Notes: generated from the sequence alone by a model not told the origin. A stretch of 64,000 bases of DNA from Eledone cirrhosa (GCA_964016885.1 OZ024743.1:148118001-148182000), one strand, 5' to 3'. Shown: positions 11,988-25,629, numbered from the stretch's first letter. Program-made: numbers and translations.

Positions 11988-13800
11988 GAGGCGGAGGAGA
12001 AGGCGGGGGGGGGGGGGGTAGAAGAAGATGGGGTGGAGGATGAGGAGGGACAACAGCAGTAGCTGCTGTAGCAGTTGTTCAGCTCTTTTATTGGTTGAAC
12101 TACAGTATCGATAATTACATTATCTAATATTTCTTTCATTAAGATAGTAATATTCAATTTCAAAGAGGGTCTGCTATTAATTCTAAGGGAATGAGAAGCA
12201 CGTAGAGGTTTCGTTGATAGCTTATTATATGAAGGTGTGTCAAGATACTGAGAATTGATCTTTTGGGGTGTGTATTGAAGCGAGGAGGAGCAAAACCCAA
12301 CCTTTTTCAAAAGAACAGCAGCCAATGAAGTAAAACTAGAGGGGCAGAGGATGGGCATATCTGAACATCGGTTCCCAAATCGTAGGTAAAGTATAACTAA
12401 AGGTACAACCTAACTTATTGGTGACATCTCTCGTCGTTTTGTTTTCTTTTTCTTGTAGATATCTATTTCCTGAATACATTTCTGTAACGTTTAGAAAATT
12501 AAAAGTTTAGCTTTTTTTTTTAAAATGTGAAATCTGTTCGAGGCGTTTCTTTATTCTGAAAATATATTTCTTACTGAAGACCTTAATGAAAAAAATGAAA
12601 TAAGGTTTTCATCAAAGTTACATGATATATTTAATATTTCTGGAGATCAGTAATATTTTCCAACAGAATGAATCAAAGTACGTACACATAGAAACACAAA
12701 CACATCACACACGTACACTCATAGATATATGAATTGACAGATGAACATACATACATACACACACACATATACATACATACACACATACATATATACATAC
12801 ATACATTAGCACATTTTTCAAGTCTAATACGAAATTTGAAAGTTTTGTGGAAAAAGTTGTCAGATATTGATTACACGACAGAAAAAAGTTAATATTTAAA
12901 TATAAATTTTATTTTCTCCTTAAATCTAATGAAATATTAATATGCAAATGGGTAAAGATTCTATTTCACACCTGTCATTCAATGTCAAATGTTTTATATT
13001 ATTTAAACAAGTACAATAAACTGCGAATGTCTACTTTAATATTTATATTTTATTTTTTACCTTCACCTTCATAGTCTAGCATGCGTTGTATATTTCTGTA
13101 AATCCAGCTATACATGTTCGGTAAATTGATGTCCTTCATAAGACCAACAAGCACATACTGGGAATTCGAGGTTTTGGGGATGGTATTTGGAGCGCTACAG
13201 TATAGGTAAAAGGATTCGGAGGATTTCGAATTCCGGAACAAACACCGTTACGAAAAGGTATAGTATTTTACTGAACTCAACAGATATTTTGCAGCATGCC
13301 TCAATAATTGTACTTAGTTACCCACATCTTTTATATACAATTTACCTTTATGAACAAGAAAATGAACAAGAGGGTCCCCGAAAGACCTGAAATATTTATC
13401 TATAAATTGTCATCAGAATTGATACTATTGTTTTTTTGTTGTCTTAAATTACTACTTACAATGATTGATGATATAATCTATGATATGATATTTATGACGT
13501 TTGCGAGTTTAGTTGTTTTAATTGTTGAATGAAAATGAAGACTATTCTAATATTAAAATAAAATCATTTTTTTACTGGAACACAAAATGCGTTTCTTGAA
13601 ATTATTTGCATGCATAGACACACGATCGGAACTGTCCTCGGTTAGAAATAAATTAGAAACATTTTAATTTACCAACATTAAAAATCTGGTCACGAGAGCC
13701 AAATTGACGTAATTTATTTATTAACAGTAAAGATTTCAATATAAACTAGAAAGATCTTTCAAAATTCCACGTAATATGAATTTTTCTTATCTTCATATTG

Positions 13801-13861
<61 letters not shown>

Positions 13862-13866
<5 letters not shown>

Positions 13867-14312
13867 CTTCAAAAGTTGTTTCATTACATAAAACGTTTCG
13901 GCGAATGTCTTCGTTTTAGCATTTTATAAGAATTTCCTGTATGTTCAACGCCCATTCCTTCGTTCTTTTATTTGCATTCATATGCATATGAATGAATAAT
14001 GGAGTAGATATTGAACATATCTCATGAATCAGAAATAAAATTATCTGGCGTTCCTGGTCCTCAAGGAGATTGTGCACAATCTCCTTACTCACTGCTATCG
14101 AATCGGAGTTGATCCCCCACAGGGGTAAATCCCGCATGTTAAAATAACTATTTCAACGCCTTTTCTTCGCAATCCTCCGGCGTAACATTTTCTCCATTCT
14201 GTTCACTGGGAGCTTGAAACCTCATGCTCCGGGGGTACTGTGAGGCAGAGAGTGTTCTCCCACATTGGGGTAGATATGGTATAGGCTGGTGATATCTACG
14301 TGATCGGTCGAC
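13862..14312 (-). mobile_element. Degenerate PLE 3' end (GIY-YIG C-terminus plus decayed hammerhead)
   Basis: Frameshifted DHVDIT..PNVGEHSLPHS..MRF..RRRIAK..DLPLWGIN resembles PLE endonuclease ends; ACGAAGA..GAAACGTT at 13889-13918; abuts (TA)n. Confidence 0.45.
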
Positions 14313-15132
14313 ACACAAGCCCACAAACATATAGATATAGACACACACATATACACTAAAAACAATTAGACATTCATTTTACGAAATGGAGACATGTATA
14401 AAATTGTTTTCTTTTGTGTGGTTAAAGAAAACGAAAATGTTTAAATACACTTATGTGCATTTGCGCCTTTACTCTCTTCACACACACACGCTTCCACGCA
14501 CAAATACAGGAAGAGCCTTCATATTATTTTCATCTTCACGCAATCTTATCTATGTGTTGAGAATATTTCTTGTCTTATTCTATTATATCTAATTTATTAC
14601 AAATCTTATTTCCTCTCATTCTACGACATCTACTTTCTATTATCATCTCATGATATTTTTTCTTCATCTAAAATATGTCATCTTTTCTCATTACATCGCC
14701 GTGTTAAGATAGTCGTCGGTCGTTTTGAAATTTCTATTGAGTTAAATAGTTGAAAGTACTTCCTTCGGGATTTTTGTTTGTTAAATAGTACCAAACTTAT
14801 GTCTATCTACTCACAGAATGGATTAACAGCAACACCTGCCCACAAACATCTTTTAACATAATAGGGTCTTAGTATATGAGAATTATCAAATTTCTTATCT
14901 CAGGGGAGTCTAGCAAAATGAATCAGACCGCGTTACCGCTATTTATCATGTTATGAAATAGGCCACTTATTTATTTTCAAGCATCTTTCTTTATAGAGAC
15001 ATAAACACACACAGAACAAAATCTCGCTTTCTTATTCTCCCACTCCCTTTTTCTTTCTCTCTAGCACACACAGAGACATATATATATATATTCGGACATG
15101 TATATGCGTGAATGTTTGTGATTTTTTTGTAT

Positions 15133-15169
<37 letters not shown>

Positions 15170-15264
15170 TATATATATATATAATAAAAGTATGTGTTCC
15201 TACATGTAAATAATACACATAGGGATACAAGTATAGTCCGATCGTATACAGTGAATTTTTTGAA

Positions 15265-15390
15265 ATCGACTCCGTAAGGATGAAAGGCAAAGTTAACCTC
15301 GGCGGGATTTGAACTCAGAATGGCAAGGGCCGTAACTCTATGAGTCAAAGCATGGCGTCCGACTCTCTACCGATACTGCCAATCCAACGC
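15265..15390 (-). mobile_element. tRNA-derived SINE, partial
   Basis: Matches the 5' two-thirds of the family (A box TGGCAGTATCGG, B box GAGTTCAAATCC). Confidence 0.85.
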
Positions 15391-15520
15391 AATAATAATA
15401 ATATCTAACCACTCACCCAGGATCCGATATATATGGGATACGATTCCTCGCAAGCACTTCTATCCACTTTTTTTCCATCTGTAGAAGTAGTTCAGCCGAT
15501 TTTCTCAACTATTATATATA

Positions 15521-15706
15521 ATTGTTTCTACTTTAGGAACAAGGCCAGCAAATTACCCAGTACATTACTGGTACTTTATTTTATCGACCCCGTAAGGATG
15601 AAAGGCAAAGTTAACCTCGGCGGGATTTGAACTCAGACTGTAAAGGGACGTAACTATGCTAGAAAGCATGGGGTCCAACCCGCTACCGATACTGCCAATT
15701 CACCGC
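15521..15706 (-). mobile_element. tRNA-derived SINE with Meta/MESC-like central domain
   Basis: Full-length copy: A box, B box, gcctttcatccttacggggtcgataaaataaagtaccag, tail ggccttgt.cctaaagtagaaacaatt. Confidence 0.9.
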
Positions 15707-16213
15707 AATGATGGACTGCTATTATAGTTATTTCCAATGGGCTGACACATTTCTATTTTCAAATTTTTTCAATTCTTCTTAAGTCAACTCTGTGTTAACT
15801 GAAGCTGCAGATATTCTCTCTAGCGACTCTTTGGCGTAGAGGTTAATGAACTAACCCGGTAACCATGAGATACGATGTACGCTTCCTTGCATTTACTTAT
15901 GCCCACTTTTTGCCATCTCCAGATGTTCTCAAAATTTTTATAGCAATCAACTATTGTTACTCTCGTGTGTACTGAATCGCACATATAAATTTAAAACGAT
16001 AAACAAAATATCGAATCGCTGCATCATACACGCTCAATGAAAGTTTGCCCCGAAAATACCAATATATACAGCGCACTGATAAACGATAATGTTATGGGCA
16101 CATCATTTTTAATATCTTGCATATAAATAACATGGAACCAAGTAGAACAGTAAAAATATTACTTACATTGCATTAGCAATATAGTCTTATACAACGTTGT
16201 TTCGATAATAATA

Positions 16214-16314
16214 ATTGTTTCTACTTTTGGCACAAAGCCAGCACTTACCCAGTGTATTACTGGTACTTTATTTTATCGACCCCGTAAGGATGAAGGGCAA
16301 AGTTAACCTCGGCG
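16214..16314 (-). mobile_element. SINE 3' half
   Basis: Same family, truncated at the B box. Confidence 0.85.
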
Positions 16315-16339
16315 TTTCGATAATACTAATGTATGATAA

Positions 16340-19300
16340 TAACAATGAATGAAATTACAGTGCTCAGGTGCGCTACAACTCATCAAAGGTGCATGTATAG
16401 TACATAGAATAATATACAAATGTCAGGGAAGTGAATAGTGTATGAGTCATGATATACATGTGTGCGTGTGTATGGAGGGGGAATATTAGGTGTAGTGTTG
16501 GCGAATCTCAGGAAGCATGGAGGTTTTAAAGGATGCAGTGTGTCGACAGCTAATAACTGATGCAGGCAGTTTGTTCCATGCTTCAGCAACTCTGAGCATG
16601 AATAAATGTTTCCGAAAGTCATGGAAGCTGTGCTATTTTCTGACTTTGTTGGCATGCCCACGTGTGTTAGACACATGGAAATCAAAAAGGTACTCAGGGT
16701 TGTTGTTGGCAAGAGGGTTAATAATTTTGTGGGTGTTTACCAAGTCAGTTGCCAGACGTCTGAGCTTCAATGTATCCATTCCCAGGGAAGCAAGGCGTTC
16801 AGAATATGGTAGATGCCTGATGGAGGGTATTCGCTTGGTTTTTACTCCCAAAATGTATGGTGGTACACTTGTCCTCAGCCAGCTTGAGATGCCAGTCCGT
16901 GATCCATTGCTTCATTGTGTCCAGGTCAGATTGCATGCAAGATCTATAGTGTTCAAGATCTGTCCTTTTTATCTCAAGGTACAGCCTGATGTCATCTGCA
17001 TATTTCAGTAATGTGGCATTCCTTAAGTTGGTATCTATGTCATTAATATATGCCACAAACAAAAGGGGGCCAAGAGCAGATCCCTGTGGTACACCAGATG
17101 ACATCTCATACGGTGAGAAATGCTGTCCTAGAACAACGACTACCTGTCTTCGACTTAGAATGAAGGTCTTCAACCAGTTAAAAAGATCATCCTTCACACC
17201 CATTGCAGAGAGTTTTGCCATAAGTCTTTTGTGTGGTACAGAATTGAAAGCATTAGCAAAGTCAAGGTAAACAACGTCCACCCATGAGCCGCCATCAGTG
17301 ATCCGAGTGATGTCTTCAAGAAACTCGATAAGTTGATCACATCAGCTGGAGTTAGGGATAAATCCAAATCGCGAGGGTCGGATAAGAATCTGAGAGTTCC
17401 AGAAGTTCCAAAGTGTTTCTCTAACACAAGAGTCCATCAGTTTGGCAATGCAGCTAGTAAGACTGACTGACTGCGGTAACCTTCTTCTACAGAGGAATGA
17501 CACTGGCAATTTTCCACTATTTTGGAGGAGCACCATTGTTCAGACAGAATTGGAAGAAGCGTGATAGCTGGTGCAGAAGGAGGTACTCACCACGTTTGAG
17601 AAGCAGGTACGTAACACCATCAAGACCAGGAGAGGCATGGTTGCGTTTATCTTTAAGTCGACGTCGCAGCATTGCAGGTGTAAATTCGATAGTTGTCAGA
17701 TGTGGTGGAGATGAGTTCTGCGCATCCCTCCGGGTCGTCAGTAACCTGGCTTGTGTGGGGATTGCGAAGAGGACCAACTTCCAGAACACCTCACTGTCGG
17801 GGCTGGTTGCTATGCGCTGCTCAAATTCAAAAATGCTTTTTTTGTCAACTGCTTGAGATGGTCGGATGATTTATTTCGCTTTTTCCTATTGATATCTGAT
17901 TTATGCAGTTTGTACTCACGTTCGGCATTACGACGTTCTTTTCTGGCAAGACGGACTGCTGCAGTCTCCCAAATTGCACTTTTGGGATGTTTTTCTACTT
18001 TCGTGGCACAGATGCTACACATGATGTTCATATTGAGTTCAGGATGTTCTGGAGTACAGTCATGACATCTCCAGAGTCGTAAATCTCAAGCCAGGTTGGA
18101 CGCTGCAGCTCGGTGAAGTAACAGTTCCAGTTCGCTTTATTACAGTCAAAGTGAGCACTTTTTTTACTGCCCATGAGGGACAGATTGGCAATGATCATGG
18201 CATGATCAGTGTCACCTAAATGTTCCTCAGTTGTAACACTAATAACCGTTTCAGGAGTAGTGGTGAAGAGTAGATCCAAAGTGGTGTTGTCACCTCTTGT
18301 TGGGTGGGACCAATTCTAGTCCAGCACTAGCTCAAGGAAATCATTTGCACTTTGCGGCCAACGAAAGGTTTCCCAGTCAATCTCAGGGTGATTAAAGACT
18401 CCTGCAATAAAAACATAAGTGGCTGTTTTCCTGGCAACAGCTCTGAGGATATCACAGAGTTCAGTGTCCTGATGGTAATTTGGGGGACGGTAAACGACTC
18501 CAAGTAGCAGTGTTGACATGGTCATACGTATATCGCAGAAAAATACTTCTTGCTGCGATTGGTTCAAATCCACACAAGGAATTGCTGCAAAATTTGACCG
18601 GACGTAGACCATTACACCACCACCACGATTAATGCGGTCTTTACGAAACAAGCTGTAGCCAGTCATGCTGAAAACCCCATCACAGCGTAAGGAATGTGCC
18701 CATGTTTCCGAGACTGTAATGAAGTCAGGGTCGATTCTTTTGACGTAGGAGTTAAAAAGATGTATCTTATTACATAGACTACGTGCATTTAAGGACAACA
18801 ATTTCTATCTTGATTCCAGTCTATGATTATGTGCAGGGGGTGGCAGGTTGTTCTGATTTAGTTTCCAAGAGTTTTTTCAGTTTTTTATTGTCAGTTGTTG
18901 TGGGTACAGTGTTTTCTGACCAGCTGGTATCTCTTTTCCATGTTTCACCAGCCTTAATCAACTTCCATATCTGCCCATCACAACGTAGGCTGAAGCCCTC
19001 ATGTTCTGCCGAGTTGCGGTTTAAGGAAGCTGCAGTACGCAGCTTTGGGCGGACATCAGGTGGAAGACCAGAGCATGTTCGGAAGGCAATCCAGCTTTGA
19101 TATCTAGCTTTATCAGAGGCCAAAGGATATGAACGTGCCTCAGTTGAGTTCGAAAAAGACAGTCTAATTAGACTGGGTTTCGGACCTGGTCGGCCAAGGC
19201 GTAGAGCACCCTTCGCGAGAGCACAGCCCGAGTCTTTGGATGAACTGGCAGCAAATGTCTGAAGATCAACTATGACTTCGTGGTTTACAGATTCAATGGC

Positions 19301-19640
19301 ACTCTCAATGCGTCTGGGTTCGGCAAGAGGTACGCGGAGATGTTTTAACAAGGTACTCAGGTAAGATCCCTCATTGTGAGGTTCTACACGAACGCTTGTT
19401 TTGATTCCTGCTATTTCTCGGCTTAAAGCAGAAATCATTTTCCGTATTTCCGCAAACTCCGTATTGACGGTCGATTTTTGTTGTTCTTCTTCAGCAGGCA
19501 TGGTAGGGGAAGACACAGTCGTCGGTTGTTGTTGTTGAAAAGTAACGGGGGAGGAAGACATGGGTGGCTGTTGTTGATGAAGTCCTTCAACAGGAGTAGT
19601 AGCGGAAGCTACTACTTTCCACACTTAATCCATGGATGTC
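16340..19640 (-). mobile_element. CR1-clade LINE, near full length, ORF2 disrupted
   Basis: ORF1 18827-19624; APE (LNARSL, VSETW, GGGV, YRPP, G.FN, LDL, TDH) 18028-18801; RT (SPGLDG, VSLTS, LDFANAFNSVPH, SGVPQGSALGPLLF, YADD) 16800-17790; C-terminal YSERL..L..RRL..NTRGH..AWNKLP; (CATT)-like tail. Confidence 0.92.
18827..19624 (-). CDS. CR1 ORF1 protein (open, 265 aa)
   Basis: Uninterrupted ORF immediately upstream of the APE domain; coiled-coil-like EFAEIRKMISALSREIAGIK and RLGRP..P.LIRL.F motif typical of CR1/L2 ORF1. Confidence 0.65.
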   Translation of the reverse strand: MWKVVASATTPVEGLHQQQPPMSSSPVTFQQQQPTTVSSPTMPAEEEQQKSTVNTEFAEIRKMISALSREIAGIKTSVRVEPHNEGSYLSTLLKHLRVPLAEPRRIESAIESVNHEVIVDLQTFAASSSKDSGCALAKGALRLGRPGPKPSLIRLSFSNSTEARSYPLASDKARYQSWIAFRTCSGLPPDVRPKLRTAASLNRNSAEHEGFSLRCDGQIWKLIKAGETWKRDTSWSENTVPTTTDNKKLKKLLETKSEQPATPCT

Positions 19641-20164
19641 ACGAACAAAATGTAAATGTAAACAAAATGTAAATGTAAACAAATAAATATTCTGCGTAGG
19701 TTTAGCACATTTGTTAACGAGATAAATACAATGCTTGTTTGTTTTGTTTTTGTATTTCTGTTTCTGTTTTCCTATGTATTGTGTGTATTGGCAAAACGAT
19801 CTGCACACGAATATATAATTATATATATATAATTAAAAGGTGTATGTGGGATAGAAGCGAAGTCAATGTTCAGAATGGTTTTATAATGTACGTAAGATTG
19901 ACCGGTATAATGTCTCACACGGAATAGTGTGGGGTTTTTTTCACTTGTGTGTATATATGTATCTATATATAAATATGTGTGTATATTGTTGTTAATAGAT
20001 TTTGTGAAGTACTTACTGCGATCCCTAAGGGATGTAGTGATTTATTTATTTTTTCGTGCATGTCCACACGTGGTTTGTTGACGAAAATCAAATATGCTTC
20101 GTTAAAGTAATTTTATGTTGAAGCTAGTACTAATAGTTAGGGAACAGTCAAAGTATTTGTAATA

Positions 20165-20340
20165 ATTGTTTCTATTTTTGGCACAATGCCAGCAATTATC
20201 CCAGTGTATTACTGGTACTTTATTTTATCGACCCCGTAAGGATGAAAGGCAAAGTTAACCTCGGCGGGATTTGAACTCAGACCATAAAGGGCCGTAACGC
20301 TTTGCTGCAAAGCATGGCGTCAGACCCTCTACCGATACTG
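20165..20340 (-). mobile_element. tRNA-derived SINE
   Basis: Near full-length family copy. Confidence 0.9.
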
Positions 20341-20411
20341 ACAATAATGAATACTGTAATCCATCTAACATGTGTTAAAAGGTCAGGTTTTGGTGATAAT
20401 ATTATATTTAC

Positions 20412-20453
20412 TTTGGGAAGACGAGTCAAACGTCCTTCCTTGTCGCCAGCCAT
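20412..20453 (-). CDS. Candidate first coding exon of a host gene (MAGDKEGRLTRLPK)
   Basis: tcaagATGGCT start context, 14 codons, phase-0 donor AAA|gtaaat, CpG-richer unique sequence upstream; no homology recognised. Confidence 0.3.
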
Positions 20454-21299
20454 CTTGATTCTATGTTAGCTTTCCGTTATTTCTGACAAGTGCACAAGTT
20501 GATGGAACCATCAGAAGTGCTTGATTGCGAAACTAAGGTGTAAGTGGTTGAGCATACCTTAGACGTAATTTTTTTGAAAAAATCAGTGTGACAGGGCCGG
20601 ACCTGCGAATTACATGTTTGCCAGCTGGGTGAACTGAATCAACGCAAAATAAAGTGTTCCGCTCAAGGGACAACGCGCCACTCCGTCCAGTAGTCGAAGT
20701 CTGTACTCTAATCACTACGTTAACGCCTTACATATACTGCAAGATTTTGAAAATCATTTATTCAGGGAGATATCACTGCTATATAGGTCAACGGATTAAT
20801 TTACCAGAACCATTGGTCTTATACAGGAAAATATTTTAACTCCAGGTTTATGTTGTTTGGTCGAACAAACTTATATATCAAGGAAGCTCCAGATGACATC
20901 ATCTGGGTTTTTTTTCTTTCAGACAAAATGTATATTGAACCTCATTATGCAATGTGACATTCTTTTTGTAAGACGGTAGTAAATGCTTCGAGTAGGGTAT
21001 AGGTTATTATTTCTCACACGTATTACGACTGCATAGAATCTGGTCATTTGCTTGAAAACTTTATGATTGTTATTGTTGGAGGCGTCATCATAGTGATAAT
21101 GGTGTTCCGGTGATGTAGGTGTACGGTTACCTTACTGGCAAGAATGGTCGTGTATGAGTTGAATTTATCTTGCATTCTTTTGAGCGTATGGGTATCATGA
21201 AGTATTTCGTAATAATGTTAACCGAACGTGTGCCAAGCCCACCCACTTAGGGAAAGTAATTTGATCACTTTCTTTATTGTGTACTTTGCTGAATGTGTG

Positions 21300-21367
<68 letters not shown>

Positions 21368-21519
21368 AACATACACACACACGTATATATATATGTATAT
21401 ATATATGTGTGTGTGTGTGTGTGTGCGCGTGTAGAGCGGATTTTGTATTTTTTCTGGAATGCGTGCGGTTCAGGCCTAGGTAAGAAGAGTAAGCAATAGG
21501 GGAGGAAACTAGAATGTAA

Positions 21520-21612
21520 TAAAATAAAGCACCAGTAACGTACTAGGGTCGATTTAATCGACTTTCCCATCCCTACAAATTACTGGCCTTGTGCCTATAC
21601 TAGAAATTATTA
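21520..21612 (+). mobile_element. 3' fragment of a related SINE subfamily
   Basis: aaataaagcaccagtaa..ggccttgtgcctatactagaaatt matches the SINE tail. Confidence 0.6.
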
Positions 21613-22148
21613 TTGTTAATATAGCGTACAATCACGTGGCTACAGTCATTATGTTGAAAGGAATCGGCTGTTATTTCTAGCTGTCGATAACCCTATTGAC
21701 GCCACTGGCTTAACGGCGGGACGATGTGAGTTTTTTTAAACCACGCGTGCTTTTACACCGTTATTCCCTGATTTGCTTCAAGTGTGTAATCATTAATAGT
21801 TTAAATATTCTCCTTTGCCGATGATATAAGATTTGACATTTAAGATTCACCGATTAATGGTGAAATATATTTCTTCAATGGAATATATACAAAGGAGATT
21901 AATCATTATTCAAGGTTCTTGTTTAATTTTTAATATGTTACCCCCGTAACTATGTGTGGTTACACTCTTTACAAATTATCCCCTGTAATTGTTTGGTGTG
22001 TTTGTTTTATATATATATTTATCATCCTACTTTTGATTTAATATAAATGCTCGGATTTACTACTTGGAATCTATGACTATATTCCACAGGGGGTATGGTG
22101 CGTGATTCTGATATTCTCATATACATGACATCCTTAATATAATTTTGG

Positions 22149-22194
<46 letters not shown>

Positions 22195-22197
<3 letters not shown>

Positions 22198-22670
22198 TGT
22201 TAAAGTTTGCTTGAAGCATTGCGGAATATGAAAAATAATCGTTTTAGAAGCAACAAGAATGCGGATGGGTAAATTTCCAGTTAACAAAATCTTGTGGCAG
22301 TGAGATGAGAGATAGAAGTAGGAAGATGCATAGAAAGAGACGTAGCGAGAAGAAAAGAACATAGGAAAAGCGTAAAAAAGGGAGATAGAGTTAGCTTGAA
22401 AGCGATTTATTAGTCACTATATTTTTGCTTTTACATCCATCAAGAGTGGAGAGGGAGCGGAAAAGGAAAAGTGAAAGTGAAAGTAATTCTGCGACATCAC
22501 CAAAGAGGCCTGCAACAACCTAGCTCTTTAATACCTTGACGATTACAGTCTCTACTTCAAGGTTACAGAGATCACCCCAGCGCGGATCGAGGAACATATC
22601 AATACCATTTGGACCAACATCTGCGACCGGCGGAAACGCCCAAATTATCTTCATCGAAATCTATAGACAA
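22195..22670. mobile_element. Diverged P1-type PLE terminus plus adjacent coding remnant
   Basis: aagtttgcttgaagcattg..gatgggtaaatt..gagatagagtta..catccatcaa aligns with 895-1170; next to (TA)n. Confidence 0.65.
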
Positions 22671-23243
22671 TCATAGACAAGCAAATAAGCAAGGATGTAT
22701 CTATGTATGCGTATGTCTCTGTACACAGATTTAAAACACTGAATCGAGTTGTGACTCTTTACATCATTACAAATAAGAGCCACAATTGAAGTCGATGCGT
22801 TCAACTAAATAATCCCCAAGTTGAATACAATATAAAAGTATTTCATTGAAAATAATCAGAGAAAAATAGTTAAATTAAAATTACTTTTATCTAGGGTAGG
22901 ACAACAGATTCCGAAAGCCAAATTCCCTTCTGTATATATAACATTGCATATTAACAATAAATTTGTTTGAGTTTATACTAAAAGAAAAGTATGACGATAA
23001 TTTTGATTACAACTCTCTATACATGAGTTTGGGGATTTCCAGATCGAGAGCTATTAAAGTACTAATATATCCTCTTTACTGTGGTCCATCATAATGCAAA
23101 GCAAGAAATGAATTACCTATGGCTTAGATTCAAAGCAAATGGATTAAACTATAACAGCTGCCTCCGAATACAAACTCAGATTTCAAAACACACACACACA
23201 CATATATATATATATACACACACGCACATACACGCACACACAG

Positions 23244-23274
<31 letters not shown>

Positions 23275-23282
23275 CACACACA

Positions 23283-23450
<168 letters not shown>

Positions 23451-23457
23451 AACATAT

Positions 23458-23654
23458 AACGAAGGAAATGTGGTAAGGAACCAGGTGGACCATAACGCAC
23501 CAAAGTACTCAATACTTGAGGTAGTAGAGTGGGTAATAGGAACCAGTAAAACCCCGACAGCTGAGCTCAAGCCGTTTCGACGGCTAATTCTGGAGTCCAG
23601 AATTAGCCGTCGAAACGGCTCGAGCTCAGCTGTCGGGGTCTTACTGGTTCCTAT
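23458..23654. mobile_element. Short fold-back element (family P4): 78-nt tail plus 59-bp hairpin
   Basis: 23536-23594 and 23596-23654 are near-perfect inverted arms; in (TA)n; related copies at 34440, 34545 and 63246. Confidence 0.8.
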
Positions 23655-24252
23655 ATACAAACATATATGTATATATATATATACACATTCCTCATGTTTG
23701 TCAGTGTACCTATTTTTGTGTACACATGATACACACGCATAAACAAAAAAAATGTATGAACCTAGCATTAACTTAATACTCCCGAAACTTAAGTATCAGA
23801 GACAAGTAGTTTATATATTGACTGTTTTGTTCCCTTAAGAACAACAGCTCAAATCGTAAAGTACTTTTCAGCTTAAGGTCTGCAATATTTTGTCTAGAAC
23901 GATTGTAGCAACAAGATCTATAAAGTGGGAAACGCCATCTTGTTCCCATATGGTTGTCATAAACGTTTTGCAACTTCTAACTCCATGTTTCAACTCACTG
24001 CTTTCTAAGCTAAATGTGTTAAGTGGCCATTACACGCCTTCTGACAAGGTTCAAATGTAATGAAATATAGATGCTATAGAGAAATGTTTAAACTAAGCCA
24101 AATCACATACAGGCGAGAATACATATATTTAGTTCATTTAAGACTATTTGTGCGTCATTCATTTAAATTGAATATATGTAGAGAAACTGTAGTTAAGAAT
24201 TAATACATCTATCTAAAAACTCACGCGCACACACACTCACACCCACACACAA

Positions 24253-24301
<49 letters not shown>

Positions 24302-24582
24302 CAGTATATATATATATATATATAACGGCGATCAATTAGTTTTGCGAGTTTTTTATATGAAATCGTGTGTCGAAACAAATATTGTTATACTTGGGGAGGA
24401 TCGTATTTGTGTAATATTGCCAGAATTAATAACAGAAAACACTCACTGTTTGGTTGGTTTTCGCTTCTGTGTCTTTTATATCGGTAATCTAATTTATTCG
24501 GTCCTCAATGTTGCCATTGACTGACCGACGGTCAAAAATAATACAGATACAATATAGACACAAACACATATATATATAGTTT

Positions 24583-24624
24583 ATCAAAGTTCTTTCGTTG
24601 CACATCTGCAACATCGTCAGTGGT
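24583..24624 (-). ncRNA. Minimal type I hammerhead ribozyme
   Basis: acca CTGACGA t gttgca gatg tgcaac GAAA gaac TT tgat. Confidence 0.75.
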
Positions 24625-25124
24625 GATATTGTTTCCTCCCGTTACATTGTATGTCTACGACATTTTTAACATAGACAACATAGAAATTAGAATAATATCT
24701 AAACATAGAGATGACCCAGCAGATAGGCAAATCAGAGAGGCCAGTGAAATAGAACTTAGAAGGCCAAGACTAAACAGAAAGAATGAATGGTATAACAAAC
24801 AACACCCAAACAAACAACACTGACCTAAGAGAAGTATAAATAAATAAATAAATAGATAAATAAATAAATAAATAAATAAATACACAAGCACAATAACAAC
24901 AAACACATATAAACACACACTAGTAAAGATAGAATACATAGAATACATAGAATACATAGAATACAATCACGAACACACATCAAACAAAACACTATACACA
25001 CACGCAAACGCATGCGCAAAGAAGACAAAATAAAATAAACAAACAAACAAATAAATAAATAAATATATAGACAGACTAAATAAAAATGGCGTAGACATAC
25101 AATGTAACGGGATGAAACAATAGC

Positions 25125-25166
25125 ACCACTGACGATGTTGCAGATGTGCAACGAAAGAACTTTGAT
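25125..25166 (+). ncRNA. Minimal type I hammerhead ribozyme
   Basis: acca CTGACGA t gttgca gatg tgcaac GAAA gaac TT tgat. Confidence 0.75.
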
Positions 25167-25360
25167 AAACTATATATATGTGTTTGTGTCTATATCGTAT
25201 CTGTATTATTTTTGACCGTCGGTTAGTCAATGGCAACATTGAGGACCGAATAAATTAGATTACCGATATAAAAGACACAGAAACGAAAGCCAACCAAACA
25301 GTGAGTGTGTTCTGTTATTAATTCTGGCAATATTACACAAATATGATCCTCCCCAAGTAT

Positions 25361-25437
<77 letters not shown>

Positions 25438-25521
25438 AAATATAAACAGAAATAACAACTCAATCGGTACAGTATATGGAGAGAACATATTAGTTTAACG
25501 CTTGATATAGCAGGAAGAGGG

Positions 25522-25557
25522 TCTTAACGTTTCGGACGCTAGTCTTTCATCAGAAGA
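25522..25557 (-). ncRNA. Minimal type I hammerhead ribozyme (family P6)
   Basis: tctt CTGATGA aa gac tagc gtc c GAAA cg TT aaga; identical to 37532-37567. Confidence 0.8.
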
Positions 25558-25629
25558 AAGAATAAGAAATTAGATAGATTGAAGGGATGGATGGGGTAAA
25601 GTTACAAACATAGCTTTTAGAGAAAAATA

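Larger units (their letters stand above)
24326..25368. mobile_element. PLE remnant with inverted arms (family P5)
   Basis: 24379-24667 inverted relative to 25082-25368; plus strand reads IEIRIISKHRDDPADRQIREASEIELRRPRLNRKNEW (GIY-YIG end); (TA)n both sides. Confidence 0.88.

Noticed and set aside
11921-12358. 145-aa minus-strand ORF
   Set aside because: Ends in microsatellite; no recognisable homology
24326-25368. Inverted-arm elements as DNA-transposon MITEs
   Set aside because: Arms are asymmetric (one has an extra tail), contain hammerheads and enclose PLE GIY-YIG sequence
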